From Tricharina praecox (lineage: Eukaryota): DNA of 64,000 nucleotides. The DNA lies in the NCBI RefSeq assembly GCF_024521635.1, contig NW_026250409.1, positions 124,001 through 188,000 on the forward strand, read 5' to 3'. Below are positions 13,815-25,659 of the stretch, piece by piece; the first letter of the stretch is position 1, and each line of letters opens with the position of its first letter. The notes under the pieces were generated by a model. That model saw only the letters and a list, made by a program, of their open reading frames with translations. It ran no database searches and was not told the DNA's origin. The translations under genes and the position numbers were made by a program.

Positions 13815-14765
13815 ATGTCTGCCTCCGCCGACTCCACTTCTCCCGTGTGGTTCATCACCGGTTGTTCCTCCGGCTTCGGCACCAAGCTAGCCCTGCTCGC
13901 CCTCCACGCCGGCCACCGAGTCATTGACACCTCCCGCAATCCCTCCAAGACTCCCGAGCTCGTCTCCAGAGTTGAATCTCTGGGTGGGAAGTGGTTGACC
14001 CTGGACGTGATCTTACCCAACGCCCCCTCGGTAGTCCGCTCGGCTCTGAAGATCTACGGGCACATCGACTACTTCATCAACAACGCCGGCTACTCCCTTC
14101 TCGGAGCTGTGGAGGACTTGGGCGAGGAGGAATACCGTCACTAGCTAGACGTCAACTTATTTGCGCCGCTGAAGCTGATCCAAACCATTATTCCGTTGAT
14201 GTGCGAGTGTAAGAGCGGCATAATTGTCAACTTCAGTAGCATTGCTGGTCTTGATGGAATTGCCACTTGCGGATTGTATTCCGCTTCGAGGTTTGCTCTT
14301 GAAGGTGAGCCCTCACCTCCCACACATTCTCCACTTTGTGTACCTGGAGCCACAGGTGGCTAACCAAACGGCACAGGCATGTCCGAATCCCTCGCCCTTG
14401 AACTTGCCCCCTTCGGCATCTGTGTTCTCATCGTCGAGCCGGGTGCTTTCCGCTCCAACTTCCTGGGCGCATACATCAAGCCGGCGATTGGAATGTCGGA
14501 TGCCTACAAGGGCACAGCGGTGGAGACGCAGATGGACTCTTTTGCTGGATGGAGCGGCAAGCAGCCGGGAAATGTGGCTGTGGGCTGCCAGAGGATCTTT
14601 GAGGTCATCACTGATACCGGAATGGGCAGGGGTATGGAGAAGTATTTGAGGCTGGGATTGGGGAGCGATTGGGCTTCGAGGGGGGAGGGAAAGATTAGGT
14701 CCCTCGTGGAGACGAAGGAGGCGCTGGAGCCTATCTGGAAGAGTACCGATTATAAGGATGAGTAG
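13815..14765 (+). pseudogene. Classical short-chain dehydrogenase/reductase with in-frame TAG (probable pseudogene)
   Basis: VWFITGCSSGFG and INNAGY are followed by EEEYRH*LDVNLFAP (TAG 14142-14144), with the frame continuing to IVNFSSIAG and YSASRFALE. Intron 14305-14376, then GMSESLALELAPFGICVLIVEPGAFRS. Confidence 0.8.
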
Positions 14766-14987
14766 GTGGCAGGTTGGATGGATTTAGCGAGGGTTTCGTT
14801 TTGGGATATGTTTGATCGAGATGGTATTTGACGGAGCCTTTGTTTCGAATTTTGTGAAGAATCTGTGCTCTCTTACTACATACATCGTTTGGAGCTCACC
14901 CTGGCCAATGGGAACATGGCCTTAAAATGGAGGTGACCCGAGTGACACCCATGCCACACCTCCGGCATCCCTAGTTAGAGTACAGTG

Positions 14988-14995
14988 CACGTGAC
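14988..14995 (-). promoter_or_regulatory. CDEI/E-box GTCACGTG (Cbf1-type site) upstream of MRPL4
   Basis: CACGTGAC on the + strand, about 75 nt before the MRPL4 ATG. Confidence 0.4.
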
Positions 14996-15069
14996 GCCTC
15001 ACTAAACCGACCCGCATCAGAGCCTCCCTAAATTTCTCCCACTCGCACGCAGCATCCCGCACGATAACC

Positions 15070-15875
15070 ATGTCGCTCCTCCGCCCCGCCGTGCTGCGCC
15101 AGAGCACCCGCAACTTCACGACGCAATCCGCACTATGCTACGCACGAATCACGCGGGACCGGAATCCCAACCGCGGCGTGTCGCCAATCCACCGGCGCCC
15201 CCAGAAGGAGCCGCTCGGTGCTCAGAAATACGGTATTCCGAAGCCCGTCGATGCCGCCGAACACACCAAGGTCGAGACCGATGAGAACCACGGCTTGTGG
15301 GGCTTCTTCAGAGAGGATAGAACGGCGCTGCCAACGCCCGAGGATGATCACAAATATGGTGAGGGGTGACGGAATGGAATGGAGGGGATGCGGGCATGGT
15401 GGCTGATTGAGTGATAGGTCGCCATTGGACCGTCGAAGAACTCAGACAGAAATCGTGGGAAGACCTTCATAAGCTGTGGTGGGCGTGTGTCAAGGAGCGC
15501 AACATCATCGAGACCCAAGCGGCGGAGCGGACACGACTGAAGCCTGGTTACGGAGACTTCGAGGCGAAGGAAAGGAAGCGGACTGTCAGGTGGACCCAGC
15601 GCGGAATCAAACATGTGCTCACCGAGCGGTACTACTCGTGGCAGGAGGCAAAGCAGCTGGCAAAGGACGATCCCGAGATTGTAATCAGTGACAAGGGCGT
15701 CATTTACACTCCTGGATCGGCACTCGAGGAGACAGAGGAGGTCGAGGTGAATGTTCAGGTTTGTCTACCTCCTTCCTCTACCCAATTGAGATGCTAATTG
15801 AGTTACAAGGAGCCATTGGTAGTAGAGGCGGCGCCGGAGCCCAAGGCAGAGGAGAAGAAGCCCTTAACTGTGTAG
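15070..15875 (+). CDS. MRPL4: Mitochondrial large ribosomal subunit protein uL29m (MrpL4/MRP-L47), 3 exons
   Basis: Mitochondrial presequence MSLLRPAVLRQSTRNF, HGLWGFF, GRHWTVEELRQKSWEDLHKLWWACVKERN, IKHVLTERY. Introns 15359-15417 and 15759-15809. Confidence 0.93.
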
Positions 15876-16011
15876 ACTAGACGAGGGTGTAGACATATGC
15901 GGAGGATCGGGATGTGTCAATTGTCTGTCTGCGATCTGTGTATTATACCGCCGCTTCAAAGCGAGAGCGATCAAAGGCGCATCCGAGCGAGTGCTTTTCA
16001 TGGAAATAAAC

Positions 16012-16035
16012 AAAAAAGTTTCACAATCACATCGC
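16012..16035. promoter_or_regulatory. RRPE-like plus PAC-like motif pair upstream of RRP14
   Basis: AAAAAAGTTTCA (16012-16023) followed by CACATCGC (16028-16035, a 7/8 match to CTCATCGC), about 210 nt before a ribosome-biogenesis gene. Confidence 0.3.
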
Positions 16036-16246
16036 ATCACCCACCGGAAACTTTACTTGCCCCCCCACAGTACCGTAAATATGACTAGCGCAAAGCGCAC
16101 AATCCCGCTAGCGCTGGTCGAATCGGGCGCTGCAACGAAATCTTGGCGACGAGAAAGTTCAGAACCAGGCAAAGAAACCCAACCTCACACGTCTCCCACT
16201 CAACTCTCGGCGCCCCGCACTGCACCTCCCCACCAAACTCCTCAAA

Positions 16247-17903
16247 ATGGCTGACATTGAGGTATGTGTTTGCGTGTTACTCTGTCGGTGGCAACTTCAT
16301 ATCCCAGTGCTAATGCAATTTTTTCGTCGTAGCAACGGCTGAAAAGCCACTCAACGGCGTTTGAAGGTTTACTCTCGCTGATCCCCGGCAACAAGTACTT
16401 TGAAGGCGACAACACTGTTCGTTCTCTCCACCCCACCCCACCCACCCCACCCTACACCCCACCATAGTGGATCGCTCGCTGACATGCGACACGAATTACA
16501 GGCCCAGTGGTCGAAGCGCAAGCAAAGCAAGGAGGAGCACAAGCGAGCCAAGAAAGCAAAGCTGGATCCGGACTCTGTTACAACAGCGGCCGAGTTCCGC
16601 GCGAAGCGGCAACGCGGCGAAGACGACGTTGGCGACAACATGAGCGGCGACGAAGCTGGCGAAGAAGCTGCTGAGGTAGAAGAAGCGCCTCCAAAACCTA
16701 AAAAGTCCAAGAAGCAGCAGCAGCAGACTCCCAAGAAGGCGGCAGCTGCGAAAGAGAAGGCGGTGGACGAGAAGGAAGTGAAAACACCCGCACAGAAAAA
16801 GGGAAAAGGAAAAGCCTCAGTCGTCGCCGTCGGCGTCGCCCCACCGTCTGAGGAAGTACCCACCGCTACAGCGACGTCGAACGACGATGATGAAGACGAA
16901 GACTCAGAAATGATCGATGCCTCGGAGCCAATCCAGATCAACGGCTTCGCGGACCTAGCCGAATCTCCCAGCACAATTACGACTGAAGACCAGCCGACTC
17001 CCGCCACGACCACCCCCACCGAGCCCCGAAAACCCGAACTCGACGCCGCCGCGCGCGCCGAACAACGGGCCCGTCTCGCCGCACGGATAGAAGCGCTGCG
17101 CGCCAAGCGAAAAGCTGACAATGCCGATGGCACATCTGCGCGCACACGACAAGACCTCCTCGAAGCCCGCCGCAAGAAGGAAGCACAGCGAAAGGAACGG
17201 AAGAAGGCGGCCCGCCTGGCCGATAAGATAGTCAGTGAGGGCGAGGATGTTCTTTCGGAAATTCCTGCGATACCCGCTGCTGCGGCTGCGACGCCTGCGA
17301 TCAGGAAGGACTTCTCGTTTGGCCGTGTCACCTTCGATGACGGACGACAGTTGAATGCGAAGTTGCAGGATTTCCAGAAGGACAAGAGGAGGAGGGGGCC
17401 GACTGATCTTCTTGGTCAGCTCAAGCATACCGAGGCGAAGAAGCGGCGGATAGAGCAGATGGGCGACGAGAAGAAGGAGGAGGTGCTTGAGAAGGAGAAG
17501 TGGAGCAAAGCGTTGAAGCAGGCGACCGGCGAGAAGATCAAAGACGACGAGAAACTGCTCAAGAAGGCTTTGAAACGACAAGAGTCTCAGAAGCGGAAGT
17601 CGGCGCATGAATGGTATTTTCTCCTTACTGCTGTTTACTATGTGAGGGGGGTACGCTAACATCACTATTAGGGGCGAGAGACTGTCTGGGCAATCCAAAT
17701 CACAGGCTCAGAGGGTGAAGAAGCGAGAAGAGAACCTTCAGGCGAGAATAGACTCGAAGAAGGCGAACAAGGGTGGGAAGAAGATCACCAAGAAGAGCCA
17801 AAAGCCGTTCGTCAAGAAAGGCGGCAAGAAGCCGTCGAGACCAGGCTTCGAGGGTGGAATGAAGTCCAGTAGTGGGAAGGGAAAGAGTAAGGGGAAGAAG
17901 TAG
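16247..17903 (+). CDS. RRP14: Rrp14/SURF6 ribosome biogenesis protein, 4 exons
   Basis: MADIE|QRLKSHSTAFEGLLSLIPGNKYF (RRP14 N-domain), KKAKLDPD, RLAARIEALRAKRKAD, FSFGRVTF, GEKIKDDEKLLKKALKR..KSAHEW, KREENLQAR, RPGFEG. Confidence 0.93.
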
Positions 17904-18071
17904 TAATGAGATCACTATGAGGAACTTTTGTGATAGCAATGTTGTTTTGTCGGCACTTTTTTAGAAACGCTTGCGATAATTGATCAACATGAGATTTCGT
18001 AAACATCACAACTTGAGCTGCCCACTCGCTTGACCCAATCCCTGGCTCCCAACCGTCTGGGGATGCTGCAG

Positions 18072-19483
18072 TCAGATGTGGACTGTGACACCACATTCCC
18101 AAACGTTCTGCGTCTCGAGAGTATGCCAATTTGCTACTGCACCGGCCTCGACACAAACTACACCACCACCACCGCTGTCGTTAGCAACAACCTCCAACCA
18201 TATGCACAACACAACACATCATGGCATGGCAGGACTCACGCATGTTCTTGTACCCGTCCGCGGGCCCGAAGTCCGCCATTCCACTCGCGCCCTCCCAGGG
18301 GTTCCACACAACGACATCCTCGAGATTCGTGCGCTCCACCTTGAACAACGTCTTTCCGTCCGCATTCACGGTGACTGCTCCGGGGACATTCTCGTACGCC
18401 CTGTCCACCTCCGCCGCAATGGTCACGCTCTCCGACTCCTCGGTTGCCATAGCGCCCTTTAGGACCTTATCCTTGTAGGTAACGCCCTTGAGGCCGGACA
18501 CGGAGACGGTGGTGACATCCTGCGCGCCATCATCAGATCCCACGCCCCAATAATTCATGTGAGGAGGAGGGGGATGAGGAGGGGAAGGGGGACTCACGGG
18601 AACCCGCAGGTAGGTGTGGAACAACACGTTGAAGTCGAAGGACTCGCCGCCCTCGTTCCGCACGAGCATCTTCGTTTCGAGCGAGGTCTTGCCGAGGACC
18701 ACCGAGTAGATCAGGCCGAAGTCGTAGGGCCATTGCTTCCGTGCGTCGACCGTGAGGTTCTCGGGCCCGAGGCCGAAGTCCACTTGCACGCTGGTGTTGG
18801 ACTCGGAGGTTTTGCCGAGGAGCTCCCACTGCGGAAATTGTCAGTATAAGCCGGCCATGGATGGAACGGAGAGGGAGGGAGGGTGGGTGGGTGGGTGGGT
18901 GCCTTGGAGATCCGCGCGAAGCCGTGCTGCGGGAGAGCCGCGGTGGGGCCTTCGGTCGTTTTGCCAAATACCTGGTAGAGGGTTAGCCATGGTCGATGTA
19001 ATAGGGATTACGAGGGGCTGATTGAATGGATGGATGGGACTCACGGGGAAAACCAATGGGATTCCGCCACGGACTGGAATAGTCAGCTCGAACAGGCAGC
19101 TTTCCTTTCAAGAAGTCACATACTAGCCTTGGTTCCGTCTAAACACGACCGTTGGTTAGTCTTCGACCACCGGAATTGACAAGAAGGAGAAGAAGAAGGC
19201 AAAGACACACCAAGCTTCGCCTTGTCACTCAAGAAGAGCTTCTCTTCACCACCGGCCTTCCACGAGATCACGGTGGCACCGTACAGGAGGATTTCAGCCG
19301 ATTCACCCGAAGGCAGGGAAAGCTATAGTAGTAGCAGGCGTTAGTTAGTCCGAATACTGGGCCGGAAGCTATCTCTCCACATGCCTTAACTCTGTCGCTC
19401 TCAATGGAGACGCCCGAGGCATGACCGATATCGGTGGTGTGGGCGACGGCGAGCGCATCAGGCTTGTGTCCACGTTCGACCAT
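18072..19483 (-). CDS. Glucose-6-phosphate 1-epimerase (aldose 1-epimerase family, YMR099C-like), 8 exons
   Basis: SAEILLYGATVISWK, LFLSDKAKL|DGTKA|IRGGIPLVFP|VFG..LPQHGFAR..W, FHTYLRV, EVDRAY, DVVVWNPW, MLCVEAG. Includes a 15-nt micro-exon at 19124-19138. Confidence 0.92.
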
Positions 19484-20955
19484 TTTGGCGCAGAAGATGG
19501 AATTGAATTCGGGTGGATTATGGGTTAATTATGGCGCGAAGGATATTGCGATGGGAGATGATGATATGATGATATGATATGCGGGGTATGGGAGATGGAG
19601 TATGAAGCTCTGCTCTTCCCCATCAGCGGGGGTCCCGCCTATGTACTCTATCTACTCGACCAAAGATAGCCCCGCCAGCCCTAGAATGCGGGGCCTGCAC
19701 GACGCACGTCCGTCGCTAATGCTGCCAATGACAGCCGCGCTGCAGCAGCGTGGGCCATGGCGATGACATCCCCTTCTCAACAGAAAATCACGACGGTCTC
19801 TTTGGACGGGGGACTTAACGAGGTGGTAGACAACATCTAATGTGTTTCGACGAATGAACTGCGGTGTGTATGTGTGTGTGTTTTGGTGGGTCAGGCTCGA
19901 TTCTCTTTTACTTTCTTCGCGCAATTTCCTGTATGTATCATACAGTGGATAACTGAGAGTTTTGTATCGGAATCGGTGGGTTTCTTGTCCGGCCATATCT
20001 CATCATACCTTCGCTTTAACCATCGTTCTACCAGTCTTCTAGGCCCCGAGGGTGTGCATCTTGTACATATGAGAATCAACGGCAAAATCAGTGTGTTTTC
20101 AACGTATCTCTGATGAGCGTCCAGGTAGTGTATCAAGAAAGGGCGTAAAGAGTGACAACCGTTGGGCGAGAACCCCCCGTAACTACTGTGCAGCTGCATA
20201 CTCGCCACGCCCGTCCTCAGGAGTCAGGAGTGAGGCTGGAATCGACTTCTTCTGGTGGTGGGATGTCTAAGCAAACACCTACCATTGAGAGGGAAGTACC
20301 TGCCATTTGGCCAATTCGCCGGCGGTGCTTCCATGCCGCAAGGGATGTCCCAATGGTACGATTTATACGAATTGTGCGCAAAGAAAGGCAGCAGAGTCCT
20401 GCCACCGCCTTCAACCGCTCATCCAGAGTAGTTATAATACCTAGAGGAGCACGAGCTGGAGTCGTCTTAATTCGTGGTATCTGGTATCTATGCTAATCCT
20501 AATCCTAATCCTAAGAAGGTATATATCTATTCCCCAAGCCCATCCGGTTCCATCCATTCCGTTCCATCCATCCATCCAATCCCATCCCATCCGTCCATTC
20601 CATATCCTGCCATCCATTGCCTTCCCATCCACCCAGGTCGCCCCGAAACACGTAGAGCAAGGCGTAAACACACACCACTCTCCACCTTCATTAAATCATC
20701 AAGCACAAAGAAAAGAGAACCCATAACAATCCCATCCACCCAAGCGAAAACCAGACCAGACCAGACACACACAAACACACACACGATTCTCTCCTATACA
20801 TACACGCTTATCAAACAACAAAACAACAAAACAAAAACACAGCAAAACAAAACAGACATGAGATGCCCTAAAAAAGATATCCCCCCACCCACCCACACAC
20901 CAAAAGAAAAGAAAAAAGACACCGCCAGACTCTACGGTAGAAGCTTGAGTTGGGT

Positions 20956-23900
20956 TTACTCCGCATCCATAGTAGTGGTGGTGGTGATAGGAGCAAGGGG
21001 AGGAATCACGATGCCACCCGAGTGCTCCTCGATAAACGCGCTGAGGTCCACGGTTATCTTTTCGCCCGAATCCACGGGTCCGTCAAAGGCGATGCTGCCG
21101 TTTGGCGTGCTAGGAAGGAAATCGTCCCAGTCCTCGGTTGAATACATTGCAAAGCCCGTTGGTGGGGAGCTAGGGAGCGGAGAGGAAGGCATTGTGTAGT
21201 CCGTGTTTAGGAAGTCCGGGTCGTCGAGATCGAACGTCATGTCACCGGCATTGAAGGCGGTGATCTCGTCGATGTCGGCGAGAACACTGGCCTCTTCGGC
21301 AAGAAGCTTTTCCAGGAGTCCCGCGACTGGTGAGAGAACTCGGCGGTTTTCTGGAGATTTGAGGAGGCGGCGGCTGGGAGTTTCTGGGGGGCGGGGGATG
21401 CGTTTCGATGGACTGCTTTGTTGCATGGACCGTGTAGCGGAGCGCATAGGTGTTCGTAGTTGGTAACCAGTAGCACGCCGGATGGGTGTGGTGGGTCCAG
21501 GCACGGTAGATGTTGTTTCCTGACTTGAGTCTTCTTCTTCCTCTGGCGAAAGGTTCTCCTTTCCAGGTGCGCGTTTGGTCATTGGTAGGCCAACTGGTTT
21601 CTCTGGACTACTTTTGCGGGCTTCAGGAAAAAGTGTGCGTTTGGGTGATGGCATGCCATCCACTACAGCGTCTAGGTCGATGGGACTATCTGCGCTGCCA
21701 GTGACGAGAGGGCTCGAGCATGCCGCTCTACGGTTTTCATCGATTACCGCTTTCCACTCCGAGTTACTGCCGGAGCGGTTTGCGCTCGGAGACATTGCTA
21801 TTCTCCTGGTCGAAGTCGGTACAGCCCGGGGCGTTTCTTCATCCTCGTCATCCGCAAGCACAATCGGCTCTGTGCACGCTTCGGACGCAATTTGCAGGTT
21901 CGATGACGGGGGAGTAGGTGCAGTGGCTGACTTTTTCCGCTTCCGCGGGTTCGCACCCTTCGCACCCTTCTCTGGCTTTTCGAGCTTCTCGTAAGGATCA
22001 TTTGACTCCCAGAGCGACTGTGGACGCATGGTCTTGTGGGACATGAACCAAAGCCCACAAGCATTACAGAGCAAGATCTCCTTCTCCCGGCGGATCTGAC
22101 CAGCCTTTTCGGTCTCATCTGGAGTATCGGCCGGTGGAGCTACTTTTCTCCACACTGCTGTCTCGATGGCACCACAGTTCTGGCAGTAACTAGGCATCTC
22201 ACCACGCTGAACGGACTCGATCAGCTGCATCTCTATCCGTGCCTTGACGTGTGCAGCAGTCCTCGATGGTTTAGCCACAGTCTGTCTCCCCCGTTTCCCT
22301 CCTACCGCACTGTCATCCCCAATCTCACTCGACGGCACCACCGCGTCAGAAGTAAGTGGATCCTTCTTTTTCGACTTCTTTTTGGGTTTCGCGGACACCT
22401 TAGCCAACTGTGAAGACTCGTGAGACAGCGCAGCCGAGCCACTTATATCCTCAGTTGGTGCAGGTGGATTAATCGCCTCCCGTTGTGGGAGTGGGGGCGG
22501 GGGCGGGGGCAGCGCAGGTAGGAGCAAACCAGTCAGGGGTAGCTGCGGTAGTTGAGGCACACAGTCCGACTGTGGTTCCTCCTCCTTAACTCTCGGGGGT
22601 TCGGGCTCCTCAAACAATGTCTCCAGTCTCCTACTTGCTGGCTGACTTGTCTGGGGTGGTGGGAGGAACGGCAACACCGGGCTTGTTGGAGCAGGCGACG
22701 GAATAGTTGTAGCGTCGACAATATCCAGTTGTCCTGGTGGAGACGATGCCATTGGACCGGTGGGCCGGGGTGACGGTGTGATTTCGGATATAGCTCCTGG
22801 AGTACTCTCTACTGTCGACTGCCTGGATATGCTTGGCTGTGACACAATCGACGACTCTCTGCTTCGCGAAAGGCGGAGCGGAGGAGGTGGAGGGGGCAGT
22901 GCCGGTTGGCGCTTAGGAGCCTTTGCAGTCTTGCGTGGAGGCGGAAGCGGCACATCTGACATTTGGCCAAGATCCGCAGAGGGAGTGGCAGCTGGAATGT
23001 CAGGTTCGGAATTCACCACAGGTGCCTTCTTCTTTGGACCATGGGGTTTTGCGGGCATCCTTCGCCTCTTCTTTGGTGGTTCCACTATATCCTCCGAAGA
23101 CGATACACCGCTTTCCTTCCATTCCTGTGTATTGGCCATTCGTGGTGGTTCCGAGATGGCCAGCGGAGGAGGACCATGTGCCGTAGCACTAGGCCGTACC
23201 AATGGAGAGGGAGGAGGCGGTGGAGGAGGGAGGGAGGGAAGAGGCAGAGCAGTCGTAAGCACTCGCGGGTTGTCGTTTAGAAAACTGGACCATCTCGCAG
23301 CGTCGAACCCCCCATCCAATGTCCTCGACAGCGCCTGGTATGCGTGAACCGAGTTGACGAACTGCTCCTGCGTAAATGTATCCACCTTCTGCAACTTGAT
23401 CTTGACCTCCAAAGTCTCCCTCACATCGTTGTTGTTCCCCAAGAACACAAACGTATTCGAGTTGACGCGACCGGTAACCATCATGCGAGTCGCCGAGCTC
23501 TCCGTATTGAGCATCGCCCACGACAGCATACCGCAGCCAACCAGCGGGATGTCCGGTTCCGAGTAATCATAGGCGTAGATGGAATAATCTGGACCAAGTC
23601 GTGCAACAAGTTCAGGACTGTAGTGCGCAAGGGAAAAAACAAACAAACCGTAAGCTTATGGTTAATTCCCCCAAGCGACCACCCACCCAGCCACCAAAAC
23701 TAACACTCGGGGTATACATGCCTTCCCGCAATGATGCTCAGAATGCAAGTCTTGAACTCGACAGCGCCGACCTGCAAGTCGCGGTCGACCTGTACCACGG
23801 GCGAGGTGATGAGCGTTGGCCAGCGCGCGAGGCAGTTGTTTTTATCCTCGTCAAAACTGTACGAGACTTTTACTGCACGGAGTTGGAAGAAAAATCACTT

Positions 23901-24101
23901 GATCAGTCTGGCTCTTTTTTCTTTTCGTGGGAAGAATAAATATATTCGAGATATTGAGAGAAGAGAGAGAGAGAGCGCGGCGGGATTAAACAAACATCGC
24001 ATGTGCCTGGAATTGGAGTTTGTTGACGGGGCTGCCCCTCTCCTGTTGTCGGGACCAGCGGCTGACGACGCCGGAGGCGTATGAACCAATGCCGAAGCCA
24101 T
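20956..24101 (-). CDS. Ams2/Spt21-family GATA zinc-finger transcription factor, 3 exons
   Basis: N-domain MR|LKVSYSFDEDKNNCLARWP..VEFKTCI..SPELVARLGPDYSIYAYDYSEPDIPLVGCGMLSW, and GATA finger CQNCGAIETAVWRK...LCNACGLWF..HKTMRP. Introns 23873-23995 and 23618-23721. Confidence 0.9.
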
Positions 24102-24843
24102 TTCGAGAATTTCCCCCCTCAAGATCGGTTTGCCCGAACTCGCATCCACGTGTAGATTATCTTCCGTGGAATGGCTTTCGAGGGGAGTTGAGCTCCAGTG
24201 GTTGTTGGGGGGGTCGTAGGGTCGAGTTGGTGTTCGTGACCAAGAATTGAGCAGCGAGTGACCGGTCGGAGGAGCGATGAGAGGAACACGGTTGAGTAAA
24301 CAAGGGAATTCGAATTCCAGAGGCGATACGACGAGCGAGCGAGAGGCAGAGAGGAGTTGTTGAATTGATAGAGGGCGTGGCAAAGGACCGAATCACACGT
24401 TCTGAGTATATTGTTTGGGCGTTTCGTGAGGGGGTATGGGGGGAGAAGGAGGAGGGAACAACAGGGCGGGTGGGAATCCAAGGCCTAATCAGCGCAGAAA
24501 GTACCAAGTCGCGTTTCCCGTTGCTGGTTCGCGTCTGCCAAGCCACACACCCCAGTTTAATGTCTTTCTGGGCAAAAGACGGACACCGCCTGAAGGAAGG
24601 AAGGAAGTCAGAGTTCTGAGCTAAAAGCAACCAACGCAACAGCAAGCACGTATCGGCCACCGAATCGATCCTCAACCACTCCACGACCCTACACGAAGCA
24701 TCCGTCTCGTCTGTATATCCACGTCTCCCCCCTCGTACGTCACCTCTCCCACCACCAAATCCCCGCAATTGACTGACTCCTCCCTAGATCCTCACATCTT
24801 CCAACCCAACTCACCAACCCTATCAATCCACCCACCAGCCCCA

Positions 24844-25243
24844 ATGGCCTCCCTCGTCGACAAGCCGCGCTCGGAGCTGACCGAGTACGAGATCGCCGAG
24901 CTCGAGAAGTACGAATTCTCCGCTGGACCTCTGTCAATCCTGCAGACGGCGGTGCGCTCGCACAACCCGGTGCTCGTGTCGTGCCGCAACAACCGCAAGC
25001 TGCTGGCGCGTGTCAAGGCCTTCGACAGGCACTGCAACATGGTGCTCGAGAACGTCAAGGAGATGTGGACCGAGACCCCGCGGAAAGCTGATGGCACCAA
25101 GGGAAGGCCCGTCAACAAGGACCGCTTCATCTCGAAGATGTGAGTAGTGCGCTCTTTTGGGGAAAGGCGGGGGGATGTGCGCTGACGGTTGGCTGTCCAG
25201 GTTCTTGAGAGGCGATTCGGTCATCCTGGTTTTGTTGAGTTAG
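24844..25243 (+). CDS. SMD2: Small nuclear ribonucleoprotein Sm D2, 2 exons
   Basis: [63 protein letters not shown]. Intron 25140-25200. Confidence 0.97.
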
Positions 25244-25659
25244 AGTGCTCGTGAGCGGGGTAGAGGTGGTTGGCGGTGATGGGGAGGGGAGCTAGGGACG
25301 AGTGAACAGCTACATGCTCGTATGGAGAATGATAATTGAAGCAACTCAGCGAAAACGGCATCGTCATCGATATCATGACGACCATCCTACATTGTTCGGG
25401 TATCTAAGAATACATGACACGCAACCGTATCGGATTCATGAACTCTATAACGAACAACTAGACAACCATGTTGAACTTCTTGTTCGGTATCTCCACCACA
25501 ATAGCAGCAGTTGCAGGCATAATGACAAATCCAAACAAATCCAAACAAAGATATATCCCGCAATGCACGCAATCCCGACACAAAGAAACCCATCCAGTTA
25601 TCCAGTCATCCGCCCATCCACCCCCCAGCTCTTGCGTCCCCGGCCACGTCGTCCCCTCC

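Noticed and set aside
16369..17698. Long minus-strand ORFs (338 and 247 aa)
   Set aside because: They are antisense shadows of the GC-rich RRP14 CDS.
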